DNA of 64,000 bases, from assembly GCA_038230835.1 (NCBI GenBank), contig JBBRMM010000014.1:13214-77213 (forward strand), in the 5' to 3' direction. Positions 45,866 to 54,895 of the stretch are shown one piece after another. Below the pieces are notes generated by a model. It did no database searches and was not told the DNA's origin. It worked only from the letters and a program-made list of their open reading frames with translations. Within the stretch, counting starts at the first letter, position 1; every line of letters starts with the position of its first letter. This DNA comes from Gaiellales bacterium (GTDB taxonomy: Bacteria; Actinomycetota; Thermoleophilia; Gaiellales; JAICJC01). The position numbers were made by a program, and so were the translations under genes.

Positions 45866-47675
45866 CCGTCTTGGCCAGGTTCCGCGGCTTGTCCGGATCG
45901 AGGCCGCGGCGGCGGGCGATGCGGTAGGCGAGCTGCTGCAGCGGAATCACGGCCAGCGCCGCCTGCAGCTCCGGCTCGGTGCACGGCAGCCAGATCACAT
46001 GCTCGGCGACATCGCCGATGTGCTCGTTGCCGTCCGTGGCAACTGCGATCACGTGCGCACCGCGCGCGCGCACCTCCTCGATGTTCGACACCACCTTCTC
46101 GTACACGTGGTTGTCGGTGGCGATCACCACCACCGGCGTTCGCTCGTCGAGCAGCGCGATCGGGCCGTGCTTCATCTCCCCGGCCGCATAGGCATCGGTG
46201 GCGATGTAGCTGATCTCCTTCAGCTTGAGCGCGCCCTCGAGGGCAATCGGCAGCCCGATGTTGCGCCCGAGATAGAGAAAGAACTCGCTCTGCCAGAAAC
46301 GATCGGCGATCGGGTCGAGCGCCGCCTCGCGGTCGATAGTGACCTGGGCCAGGTCGGGCAGTGCCTTCACCTGATCCAGCAGCACGGCGGCCCGGTCGGC
46401 GTCCACGGTGCCGCGGATCAGTCCCAGCTTGAGCGCGAGCAGGTACATCAAGGTCACCTGCGAGGTGAAGGTCTTGGACGCCGCAACGCCGATCTCGAGC
46501 CCGGCACGGGTGTACAGCGCCGAGTCGCACTCGCGGGTCATCTGGCTGCCGACCACATTCGTGACAGCCAGCACGTGGGCGCCGCGTGAGCGCGCCTCCT
46601 TCATCGCCGCCAATGTGTCGATCGTCTCGCCCGACTGACTGATGGCGATCACCAGCGTGTGCTCGTCGATCACCGCGCGGCGGTACCGCCATTCGCTGGC
46701 GATGTCGGACTCCGAGGGGATCCGCGCCCACTCCTCGATCAGGTAGCGGCCGATCAACCCGGCGTGGTACGAGGTGCCGCAGGCCAGGATCACGATCCGC
46801 TGCAGGCCGCGGATCTGCTCCTCACTCATGTTCAGGCCGTCGAGGTGGAGGGTGCCGTGGTAGAGCCGCTCGCCGATCGTCTCGGCGATCGCGTCGGGCT
46901 GCTCGTGGATCTCCTTGAGCATGAACGTCTCGTAGCCCTGCTTCTCCGCCGCGTCCTCGTCCCAGTCCACCTCCTGCACGCCGCGCGGGACCTCGGCGCC
47001 GGCACCGGTCAGGAAGGTCGCACCGTGCGGACGGGCGACCACGATCTCGTCGTCTTCGACGAACTGCACCCGCCGCGTCTCACGCAGGAAGGCGGGCACC
47101 GCCGAAGCCATGAACGTCTCGCCATCACCCACGCCGACGACCAAGGGGCACTGGCGGCGGGCGCCGACGATCACGTGCGGATGATCGCGGTGCGCAACCC
47201 CGATCGCGAAGTGGCCGCGCAGGCGGTTGTACGCCGCGCGAACGGCCTCGACCAGGTCGCCGGCGTACACCTGCTCGACCAGGTGGGCAATCACCTCGGT
47301 GTCGGTATCGGAGTGGAACTCGTGTCCCTCGGCGATCAACTCGCGGCGCAGATCCTGGTAGTTCTCGATGATGCCGTTGTGCACCACGGTCACCCCCGAG
47401 CCCTCACATGCCTCGATCGGATGCGCGTTGCCCTCGGTGACGCCGCCGTGAGTGGCCCAACGGGTGTGCGCGAGGCCGGTGGTCGCGGGATGGGCGGCGG
47501 CGCCCACGGCATCGCGCAGCACCTGCACCTTGCCCACCCGGCGGGTGACGTCCACCTCGCCGTTGATCAGGCAGATGCCGGCCGAGTCGTAGCCGCGGTA
47601 CTCCAGCCGCTCGAGACCGGTCAGGAGCAGTTCCTTGCAGGGCCGTGCCCCGACATATCCGACGATTCCACACAT
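45852..47675 (-). CDS. glmS: Glutamine--fructose-6-phosphate aminotransferase (isomerizing)
   Basis: N-terminal MCGIVGYVG (Ntn-Cys), two SIS domains, and a C-terminal ...LAKTVTVE. Confidence 0.97.
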   Translation of the reverse strand: MCGIVGYVGARPCKELLLTGLERLEYRGYDSAGICLINGEVDVTRRVGKVQVLRDAVGAAAHPATTGLAHTRWATHGGVTEGNAHPIEACEGSGVTVVHNGIIENYQDLRRELIAEGHEFHSDTDTEVIAHLVEQVYAGDLVEAVRAAYNRLRGHFAIGVAHRDHPHVIVGARRQCPLVVGVGDGETFMASAVPAFLRETRRVQFVEDDEIVVARPHGATFLTGAGAEVPRGVQEVDWDEDAAEKQGYETFMLKEIHEQPDAIAETIGERLYHGTLHLDGLNMSEEQIRGLQRIVILACGTSYHAGLIGRYLIEEWARIPSESDIASEWRYRRAVIDEHTLVIAISQSGETIDTLAAMKEARSRGAHVLAVTNVVGSQMTRECDSALYTRAGLEIGVAASKTFTSQVTLMYLLALKLGLIRGTVDADRAAVLLDQVKALPDLAQVTIDREAALDPIADRFWQSEFFLYLGRNIGLPIALEGALKLKEISYIATDAYAAGEMKHGPIALLDERTPVVVIATDNHVYEKVVSNIEEVRARGAHVIAVATDGNEHIGDVAEHVIWLPCTEPELQAALAVIPLQQLAYRIARRRGLDPDKPRNLAKTVTVE

Positions 47676-47686
47676 GGTTCCGGTCC

Positions 47687-49009
47687 TTATAGCCCGATCT
47701 CACGCGACACGACCCCGGCCAGGTGGTCGCAGACCGCCTCGCACTCGGCCGCGTCGGCGGCCTCCACCATCACCCGCACCACCGGCTCGGTGCCCGACGC
47801 GCGAACCACGATCCGGCCGTCCGCCCCGAGCTTCGTCGTCCACGCGTCCACCTCCTGCCACACCGCGTCGGCCGGCGCCAGGGCGGAGCGATCGGCGGGC
47901 ACGGCAACCAGCTTCTGCGGGAACGGCACGACCAGCTCGGCGGCGTCGTCCAGTGTCATCCCCATCCGGTCGAGCGCCGCCAGCAGCATCAGCGCCGTGG
48001 CCAGCCCGTCGCCCGTGGTGTGGTGCGTGAGGTCGACCACGTGGCCCGACTGCTCACCGCCCAGCGTGGCACCGGTCTCGAGCATCCGTTCCAGCACGTA
48101 GCGGTCGCCCACGTCGGTGATCTCGACGTCCACCCCGCGCTCGCGCATCAGCTTGTGGAATCCCATGTTGGTCATCGAGGTGACCACCACCCGCCCCTTT
48201 TCGAGCGCTCCGCGCCGGTGGCGGTCGAGCGCCAGCGTGGCGATGATGGCATCGCCGTTCACGGGCCGGCCGCGCGAGTCGACCGCCAGGCAGCGGTCGG
48301 CGTCGCCGTCGAAGGCCACGCCACCGACCAGGCCGCGCTCGGCCACCAGTCCGGCCACCGCATCCAGGTGGGTCGATCCAACCCCGGCGTTGATGTTGCG
48401 CCCGTTCGGCTCCACCCCGATCGCGGCCGGCCGCTCGCCGAGCCGCAGGAACAGCTGGGGCGCCGCCTCGAATGCGGCGCCGTGAGCACAGTCGATGCCG
48501 ATCGCAAGGCCCGCGGGCACGCCGCTGCCGTACGTCTCGGCCAACCAGCCGACGTAGGCCGCCACCGCACCCTCGAGCGGGTGCGCCGGCCCCGGCTCGG
48601 CAGACGTTGGCGCATCCACGAGGCGTTCCAGCGCCGCCTCGTCGGCGTCACCGAGCTTGTGTCCGTCGTCCCCCAGGAACTTGATGCCGTTGTCGGCAAA
48701 GGGGTTGTGCGAGGCCGAGACGACGCAGCCCAGGCCGGCCTGGGAGAGCCGACTCAGCACGGCCACTCCCGGCGTCGGGATGACGCCCGCGGTGATCGCC
48801 GCGCCGCCCGCAGCGGTCACTCCCTCCACCAACGCCTGCTCCAGCCACGGCCCGGACTCGCGCGTGTCCCTGCCGATCAGTACCGCCGCGCCCACGCCGG
48901 CAAAGCGCGCTCCGGCCACGCCAAGGTCGCGGGCGAGATCGGCGGTCAGGTCGACGCCGGCGACACCACGCACACCATCGGTGCCGAACAGCTTGCGGGC
49001 TGCGGTCAC
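47687..49009 (-). CDS. glmM: Phosphoglucosamine mutase
   Basis: LFGTDGVRG N-terminus and the phosphoserine loop SASHNP. The GTG start shares one base with the rpsI stop (TAGTG). Confidence 0.95.
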   Translation of the reverse strand: MTAARKLFGTDGVRGVAGVDLTADLARDLGVAGARFAGVGAAVLIGRDTRESGPWLEQALVEGVTAAGGAAITAGVIPTPGVAVLSRLSQAGLGCVVSASHNPFADNGIKFLGDDGHKLGDADEAALERLVDAPTSAEPGPAHPLEGAVAAYVGWLAETYGSGVPAGLAIGIDCAHGAAFEAAPQLFLRLGERPAAIGVEPNGRNINAGVGSTHLDAVAGLVAERGLVGGVAFDGDADRCLAVDSRGRPVNGDAIIATLALDRHRRGALEKGRVVVTSMTNMGFHKLMRERGVDVEITDVGDRYVLERMLETGATLGGEQSGHVVDLTHHTTGDGLATALMLLAALDRMGMTLDDAAELVVPFPQKLVAVPADRSALAPADAVWQEVDAWTTKLGADGRIVVRASGTEPVVRVMVEAADAAECEAVCDHLAGVVSREIGL

Positions 49010-49416
49010 TACCGCTTGGAGAACTGCGGGCGCTTACGGGCCTTCTTGAGGCCGGCCTTCTTGCGCTCGACCTTGCGAGCGTCACGGGTCAAAAAGCCCT
49101 GCTTTTTGAGATCGACGCGCAGCTCCCCGTCGGCCTCGAGCAGGGCGCGCGAGATGCCGTGGCGGAGCGCCCCGGCCTGGCCGGAGATGCCGCCCCCGTC
49201 GATCCTCGCGCGCACGTCGAAGGTGGCCTCGGTACCGGTCAGGGCGAGCGGCGAGGTGGCGATCGACTGCAGCGTCTGGCGCGGGAAGTACTCGGCGAGC
49301 GGCCGGCCGTTGACCGTCACCTTGCCGTCACCCGGCACGAGGATGACGCGGGCGACCGAGCTCTTGCGCTTACCGGTGCCGCGATAGGCGACAGGTGCGT
49401 CGGACGATTTGGGCAC
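49009..49416 (-). CDS. rpsI: 30S ribosomal protein S9
   Basis: [12 protein letters not shown]..., and a C-terminal ...[12 protein letters not shown] typical of uS9. The GTG at 49416 shares one base with the rplM stop. Confidence 0.95.
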   Translation of the reverse strand: MPKSSDAPVAYRGTGKRKSSVARVILVPGDGKVTVNGRPLAEYFPRQTLQSIATSPLALTGTEATFDVRARIDGGGISGQAGALRHGISRALLEADGELRVDLKKQGFLTRDARKVERKKAGLKKARKRPQFSKR

Positions 49417-49850
49417 TAGGTTGAGACCTCCAGCTTGACGGGATTCTGAGCGGCGTGCGGGTGGTCGGGGCCGGCATAAATCTTGAGTTTGGTGATCTGC
49501 GCCGAGGCCAGCTTGTTCTTGGGCAGCATGCCCCTGACGGCCTTTCGCAGCACCTCTTCCGGACGGCGCGCGAGCTGTTCGGCGAGCGTGCGCTGGCGAA
49601 GCCCGCCCGGATACCCGCTGTGCCGGTAGTAGATCTTCTGGGCCAGCTTGTTGCCGGTGACGTGCACCTTCTCGGCGTTGACGACGATCACGAAGTCGCC
49701 GGTATCGACGTGCGGCGTGTACTGTGGCTTGCCCTTGCCGCGCAGGAGGTCGGCGATCTGGGTGGCGAGCCGCCCGAGCGTCTTCGACTCTGCGTCCACC
49801 AGGTACCAGGTCTTCTCGAGCTCCCGCGGCTTGGCGCTGTACGTCTTCAT
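49416..49850 (-). CDS. rplM: 50S ribosomal protein L13
   Basis: [20 protein letters not shown]... from the ATG at 49850, preceded by AGAGGA. Typical uL13 sequence throughout. Confidence 0.95.
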   Translation of the reverse strand: MKTYSAKPRELEKTWYLVDAESKTLGRLATQIADLLRGKGKPQYTPHVDTGDFVIVVNAEKVHVTGNKLAQKIYYRHSGYPGGLRQRTLAEQLARRPEEVLRKAVRGMLPKNKLASAQITKLKIYAGPDHPHAAQNPVKLEVST

Positions 49851-49975
49851 GATCCTCTGCTTCGTGTGATGGGCCACCCGGCAGGCTTTCGCACACCCGC
49901 TGGGCGACAGACAAGCGCGAATGGTATCAGGAAAACGCGGTCATCCCGGCCGCAGCGGTGCGCTACCGTGTTGGT

Positions 49976-50971
49976 ATGCGAGACGTGCTGAAAGCCGTGC
50001 GCGAGATGCGCTCGTCGGGCCAGCAGGTGGCCATCGCCACCGTGGTTTCGACCCGCCGCTCGGCGCCGCGCCCGCTGGGATCGCGGCTGGCGGTGTCCGA
50101 CAGCGGCGCCATGGTCGGGTCGGTGTCCGGCGGCTGTGTCGAATCCGACGTCGCCCTGCAGGCGGCCGAGGTGCTTCAGGGCGCGCCACCCAAGCTGCTG
50201 CAGTACGGGATCTCCGACGACGACGCATTCGATGTCGGACTGCCATGCGGCGGCGAGATCGAGGTGTTCGTGGCCATGGCCGACGTCGATGAGCTGGATC
50301 GCGTCGAGCGCGCACTCGAGCACGAGGAGCGGCTGTCGGTGGTGACGGTGCTCAGCGGCGAGGACGCGGGCCGCAAGACGTACAGCGCGGGCGCCGCCCA
50401 CTCACGCGCCGAGCGCACCGCTCCGGACACCTTCACGGAGCACTACGCTCCCGCACCGATGCTGATGGTGTTCGGCGCCGTGGACACGGCCCAGGAGCTG
50501 TGCCGGATGGCGCGCCAGGTCGGGTTTCGCACCATCGTGTCCGACGCCCGCGGCAAGTTCGCAACCCGCGAGCGGCTGCCGGATGCCGATCAGATCGTGG
50601 TCGGGTGGCCAGCGCTCGCCTACGAACGCCACCAGCCCGACGAAGCCACGTACGTCGTCGTGCTGACGCACGATGCCCGCTTCGACGAGCCCGCGCTGGG
50701 TCCCGCGCTGCGCTCCCCGGCCGCGTATATCGGTGCCCTGGGCAGCCGCCGAGCGCAGGAGTCGCGCCGGCGGCGGCTGCTGAATGCGGGCTACAGCGAG
50801 GCGGAGATCGACCGCATCTGCGGTCCGCTAGGGCTGGACATCGGCGCCGTCACGCCCCCCGAGACCGCGGTTTCGATCCTGGCCGAGGTGCTGGCGGCGC
50901 GCTCCGGGCGCGACGGCGGACGGCTCTCGCAGTCGGCCGGGCGGATTCACCCCGAGGCTGTCGCCGGCTGA
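49976..50971 (+). CDS. XdhC/CoxI-family accessory protein
   Basis: N-terminal XdhC_CoxI segment (ATVVSTRRSAPRPLGSRLAV...GSVSGGCVE) and a C-terminal Rossmann-like XdhC_C (MVFGAVDTAQEL...). Confidence 0.8.
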   Translation: MRDVLKAVREMRSSGQQVAIATVVSTRRSAPRPLGSRLAVSDSGAMVGSVSGGCVESDVALQAAEVLQGAPPKLLQYGISDDDAFDVGLPCGGEIEVFVAMADVDELDRVERALEHEERLSVVTVLSGEDAGRKTYSAGAAHSRAERTAPDTFTEHYAPAPMLMVFGAVDTAQELCRMARQVGFRTIVSDARGKFATRERLPDADQIVVGWPALAYERHQPDEATYVVVLTHDARFDEPALGPALRSPAAYIGALGSRRAQESRRRRLLNAGYSEAEIDRICGPLGLDIGAVTPPETAVSILAEVLAARSGRDGGRLSQSAGRIHPEAVAG

Positions 50972-50977
50972 GCCCGG

Positions 50978-53005
50978 TCAACCGCGACCCCGCGGCCACC
51001 AGTTCCAGTCGCCCAACACGCGCATCGTCGCCGGCACCAGCAGCGAGCGCACGAGCGTGGCATCCAGAAAGATCGCGATCGCAAGCCCCAGGCCCAACTC
51101 CTTGACGATCACCACGTCCGCCGTGGTGAAGGCCAGACCGATCACCACCAGGATGGCCGCCGCCGAGGTGATGATGCGGCCGGTGGCAACCAGTCCAGCC
51201 GCCACCGCGTCGCGGTTGGAAGCGCCCCCGCGGTAGGCCTCGGCGATCCGCGAGAGCATGAATACCTCGTAGTCCATGGACACGCCGAACAGCGCGCAGA
51301 AGATCACCACCGGCATGGTCGACTCGATGTAGCCCATGGCCGGCACGCCGTGACCGTCCTGGAACACCCACACGAGCACTCCCAGCGCACCTCCGATCGA
51401 GAGCGAGTTCATGACGATCGCCTTCAGCGGGAGCAGCACCGAGCGAAACGCGATCAGCAGCACCAGATAGGTGGCGGCGAAGATCAGGCCGACCGCCCAC
51501 GGGGCTCGATCGCGGATCTGGTTGAGGAAGTCGAGCTCGCCCGCGGTCTCGCCGGTGACCAGAAACGCCGAGCCGTGCCCGGGCAGCGCCCGCAGCCGGC
51601 CGATCAGCTCGCGCGCCGCGGCGGTCGAGGGCTGCGCAGCCCCGATCAGGCTGACCGCCGATCCGCCTGGGCCGCTCTGAACGCCCGCCACCGCGGCCAC
51701 CCCCGGCACCGCCCGCGCCCGCGCCACCACGGCCGTCACGTTCTGCCCACGGGGAACCGCCAGCACCACCGGCTCGAGCAGCGCCTGGGAGAACTCGGAG
51801 TCGAGCACGGTCTGGCCGCGCCGCGAGTCGAAGTTCGAGGGAAGGACGTCCGCCCGCGGAACGTTGATGGTGGCGTGGAGCGCGGGCGAGGCAAGCACCG
51901 CCGTTATGCCCACGCTGACCGCGATGAAGGGCCATGGGCGGCGCATCACCGCGTTTGCCAGCCGCGCCCACCAGCCCTGCTCGGGAGGCCGGCGGAAGCG
52001 CGCCGGCAGCACCGGTGCACGCTCCACCCGATGGCCGATCATGCCCAGCACCGCCGGCAGCAGCGTGATCGCCGCCAGCGCCGAGATCGCCACCACCAGC
52101 GATCCGCCGACCGCCATCGACGACAGCACGCGCAGGCCGAAGACCCACAGCCCGGAGAGCCCGATCAACACCGCGACGCCCGAGAAGGCGATCGCACGCC
52201 CGGCCGAGGCGACCGTGGCGGCGACCGCGTCAGGCACATCCAGCCCACGCCGCAGCTCTTCGCGGAACCGTGACACCGCCAGCAGCGCGTAGTCCACGCC
52301 CACCCCGAGCCCGAGCATGGTGGCGATGTTGAGCACGAAGATCGACAGCGGCTGGTGCTGAGCAACCAGGTACAGGAGGCCGAGCGTCGAGATGACCGCC
52401 ACACCGCCGACCGCCAGAGGGATACCGGCCGCAACGGCTGTTCCGAACGCGAGCACGAGAACGATCAGCGCGGCTGGGATACCGATCGTCTCGGCCCGCC
52501 TGAGATCGCCCGAGGTCGCTGTCTGGATGTCGCGGTAGACCGCGGGCGGACCGGTGACGTACAGCCGCTCGGCCGGCACCGGCCGCAGGGCGGCGCGGAA
52601 CGCACCGACGTAGTTGCGGGCCGTGTCGGGGTCGATGGTCAGGTCGAAGGCCGCGTAGGCCGCGGTCCCCGTTGGCGACCGAACGACAACTGGACCGCGG
52701 GGGCCGGTCACCACGTGCGGGAAGTGGACGAGCGGCGACACGGCCCGGCGCAGTGCCGCCACATCACCGTCTGGGGCAACCACCACCAGCCGCGACTGAG
52801 GCCGGCCGGGGATCCAGCGGTGCAGCTCGTCGGCGGCCCGAATCGCCTCCGAGCCGTTGGCGTTGAAGCCGCCCGATGCCAGGGCGCCCTGGAGCCGGGG
52901 CGCGAGCGGCCCGAGCCCGACCAGCGCCACCAGCCACGCCGCAGCGACCCATCGCCGGCGCCGGTGGACCCATCGGCCGAAGGCCGCGAACGACATCTCG
53001 GGCAT
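50978..53005 (-). CDS. MMPL-family (RND superfamily) membrane transporter
   Basis: Starts at the ATG at 53005 (MPEMSFAAFGRWVHRRRRW). It has two six-helix bundles with MMPL-type segments (GVDYALLAVSRFREEL, GVSMDYEVFMLSRIAE). The track ORF extension to 53455 runs through the intergenic repeats and was rejected. Confidence 0.85.
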   Translation of the reverse strand: MPEMSFAAFGRWVHRRRRWVAAAWLVALVGLGPLAPRLQGALASGGFNANGSEAIRAADELHRWIPGRPQSRLVVVAPDGDVAALRRAVSPLVHFPHVVTGPRGPVVVRSPTGTAAYAAFDLTIDPDTARNYVGAFRAALRPVPAERLYVTGPPAVYRDIQTATSGDLRRAETIGIPAALIVLVLAFGTAVAAGIPLAVGGVAVISTLGLLYLVAQHQPLSIFVLNIATMLGLGVGVDYALLAVSRFREELRRGLDVPDAVAATVASAGRAIAFSGVAVLIGLSGLWVFGLRVLSSMAVGGSLVVAISALAAITLLPAVLGMIGHRVERAPVLPARFRRPPEQGWWARLANAVMRRPWPFIAVSVGITAVLASPALHATINVPRADVLPSNFDSRRGQTVLDSEFSQALLEPVVLAVPRGQNVTAVVARARAVPGVAAVAGVQSGPGGSAVSLIGAAQPSTAAARELIGRLRALPGHGSAFLVTGETAGELDFLNQIRDRAPWAVGLIFAATYLVLLIAFRSVLLPLKAIVMNSLSIGGALGVLVWVFQDGHGVPAMGYIESTMPVVIFCALFGVSMDYEVFMLSRIAEAYRGGASNRDAVAAGLVATGRIITSAAAILVVIGLAFTTADVVIVKELGLGLAIAIFLDATLVRSLLVPATMRVLGDWNWWPRGRG

Positions 53006-53053
53006 CGCCGCACAGGGTAGCCACCGGCCGTCCGCCCCACCGCGCATATCGGT

Positions 53054-53124
53054 GACCCACCCCCACCCCCACCCCACCCCGGGGTCAGACCCCGTACGGA
53101 CCGGGACACGGTTTCGTTGCAAAG
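53054..53124 (+). repeat. Copy B of the unassigned intergenic repeat (shorter 3' arm)
   Basis: Copy B reads GACCC A CCCCC A CCCCC A CCCC A CCCC GGGGTCAGACCCCGTACGGACCGG GACACGG TTTCGTTGCAAAG, with the palindrome core at 53080-53094. The tract begins about 50 nt from the mmpL ATG. Confidence 0.6.
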
Positions 53125-53155
53125 ATGCGCAGAAACAGCCCCCGGTGTCCCAGCG

Positions 53156-53206
53156 CCTTGTAACGAGCCGCCACGACCCGACCCCACGCGTCCTGTCGTT
53201 ACAAGG
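53156..53206. repeat. Perfect 11-bp inverted repeat CCTTGTAACGA-N29-TCGTTACAAGG
   Basis: The arms are at 53156-53166 and 53196-53206, between repeat copies B and C. The 10-mer TCGTTACAAG recurs at 27888-27897, and a degenerate TTCGTTGCAAAG lies at 53113-53124. Confidence 0.5.
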
Positions 53207-53281
53207 CCTGGCACCGCCCCAGCCGCCCCGACGCGACAGCCCCCAGCCGCCGAGGGCGCAGACCGCCAAGGTCGACCCGGC

Positions 53282-53359
53282 GACCCCACCCCCACCCCAC
53301 CCCACCCCGGGGTCAGACCCCGTACGGACCGGCGCACAGAACCGGCGCGGAGTTGTGAC
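53282..53359 (+). repeat. Copy C of the unassigned intergenic repeat
   Basis: Copy C reads GACCCC A CCCCC A CCCC A CCCC A CCCC GGGGTCAGACCCCGTACGGACCGG CGCACAGA-N13-TGTGAC, with the palindrome core at 53308-53322, 228 nt from the core of copy B. Confidence 0.6.
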
Positions 53360-53458
53360 AATGCAGCCGGCGCAGCGGATGCGCGCGCTGGCTGACCGAG
53401 CGGATCCCGCATTTTCGGGCTTGTGTTTACGCGCGGCAAGTCCGATATAGCACAAAGA

Positions 53459-54856
53459 ATGGTGCGCCGGGTCGCCATAGCCGCCTCGATCCTGGCCTGT
53501 CTGACGGTGGGGCCGACGGTGCCCGCCTTCGGATCGGGCCTGAGCTGCGCGCCGGCGATCACCAAGCTGCGCTACCGCCCGCAGATCACCTACCAGTGCA
53601 CCGGATCCGCGGCGCTCACCACCGTCAGCGCGCAGGTCACGCGCTCCTCGGACGCCGCTCTCGTCCCGACCACGGTGACATTCTCGGCCACGGGCATCAC
53701 CGTCGATCTGGACGCCACGCTGGGCTCCGCGGCCGGGTACAGCGTGGATCTTGCCGCCAACGACGGGGTCGACCCGGAGTTCGATCTCAGCTCACCGTGG
53801 ACGACGCTGCCGGCGCCGGCTCACCCGAGCCTCTCGGTGGAGTACTTCACCGCCATGGATCCGACGGCGGTGCGCGACATGCTGCACCGGATCGACGCGG
53901 CCAACCTGTTCGCGGTGCCGATCGACGCTCGGGTGATCGATGCCTCGGCCGGCTCGATGACGCTCTCACAGGTGGAGTCGGCGCTCGCAGGGCACCAGGC
54001 GGCGCTGGTGGTCGGCGGCGACGCGAGCTTCGCGTACCCGGCCAACCTGGGCGGTGGCCTGGCCTGGTTCGCGGCCCACGGCCACGGGGTGGTCACCGCC
54101 GGCCAGACGCACTGGGCGCCGGCAACCGGCGTCTGGACATATGAATCCGCGGTCGGCCTCAACACCAGTTGGGACACCACCTGGGACATCTTCAAGGACA
54201 ACGTGCAGCTGCCCGCTTTCGAGGTGTCGGGCGGCGACCTGCAGACGTCCACCGTGCGTGCCCACTTCCTGACCAACGGCCTCTTTTCGTCGTTCCACGT
54301 CTACGGGTACGGCTCCGGCGAGGTCGCACCCCACTTCGGGCTCGGCACCAACATTCTGGCCTCTCTCAGGCCGACAGCGGGATTCCTCAACGGCACGTAC
54401 CCCCAGGCGCTGCTGACCGAACGTCAGGTGGGCGCCTCGCGGCTGGTCGACCTCGGCTATCGGCCGTGGGCGTCCACCGTCGCCACCGGCGGGTTCGACC
54501 CGGCGGTGAGCCCGGGCGGAGCGGTGCTGGCACGGGCGCTCTGGTGGTCGATGAACCGCATCCCGCCATACGGCACGCACTTCACCGCCAAGCCCCCGAA
54601 CCCGAGTGCCTGGGCCACGGTCACGTTCCACTTCTCGGCCACCGATCCCGATCTCGACCACTCAGGAGCCCTGCGCTACCACTACCGGCTCGACGGCGGG
54701 TCGTGGCGCCTGGCAGTCGGCAACACCGCGGTCTTCTACAACCTCGCCAAGGGCCGTCACCACACGGTGTCGGTCTACGCATCCGACTCGGGCGGCAACC
54801 GCGACCCCAGCACCGCGTCGTACACTTTCCTGGTCTCGGCGAACGCGCGCAGCTGA
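53459..54856 (+). CDS. Secreted hypothetical protein with C-terminal Y_Y_Y/Ig-like module
   Basis: ATG at 53459, signal peptide MVRRVAIAASILACLTVGPTVPAFG. The C-terminal FHFSATDPD...LRYHYRLDGGSW...YNLAKGRHHTVSVYASDSGGN matches the Y_Y_Y-type Ig-like pattern. Confidence 0.7.
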   Translation: MVRRVAIAASILACLTVGPTVPAFGSGLSCAPAITKLRYRPQITYQCTGSAALTTVSAQVTRSSDAALVPTTVTFSATGITVDLDATLGSAAGYSVDLAANDGVDPEFDLSSPWTTLPAPAHPSLSVEYFTAMDPTAVRDMLHRIDAANLFAVPIDARVIDASAGSMTLSQVESALAGHQAALVVGGDASFAYPANLGGGLAWFAAHGHGVVTAGQTHWAPATGVWTYESAVGLNTSWDTTWDIFKDNVQLPAFEVSGGDLQTSTVRAHFLTNGLFSSFHVYGYGSGEVAPHFGLGTNILASLRPTAGFLNGTYPQALLTERQVGASRLVDLGYRPWASTVATGGFDPAVSPGGAVLARALWWSMNRIPPYGTHFTAKPPNPSAWATVTFHFSATDPDLDHSGALRYHYRLDGGSWRLAVGNTAVFYNLAKGRHHTVSVYASDSGGNRDPSTASYTFLVSANARS

Positions 54857-54895
54857 CCCGGTCCCCCGGCCGACCCGCGGGGTATAGTCCGCGCC

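Noticed and set aside
47676-47686. Looked for a glmS ribozyme upstream of glmS.
   Set aside because: Only 11 nt separate the glmM stop from the glmS start, so there is no room for the ribozyme. glmS is simply the last gene of the rplM-rpsI-glmM-glmS operon.
53054-53359. The two tandem repeat copies considered as a minimal CRISPR array.
   Set aside because: There are only two local copies, with a spacing of about 228 nt. The units are much longer than CRISPR repeats, a third copy is isolated 31 kb away, and there are no cas genes.
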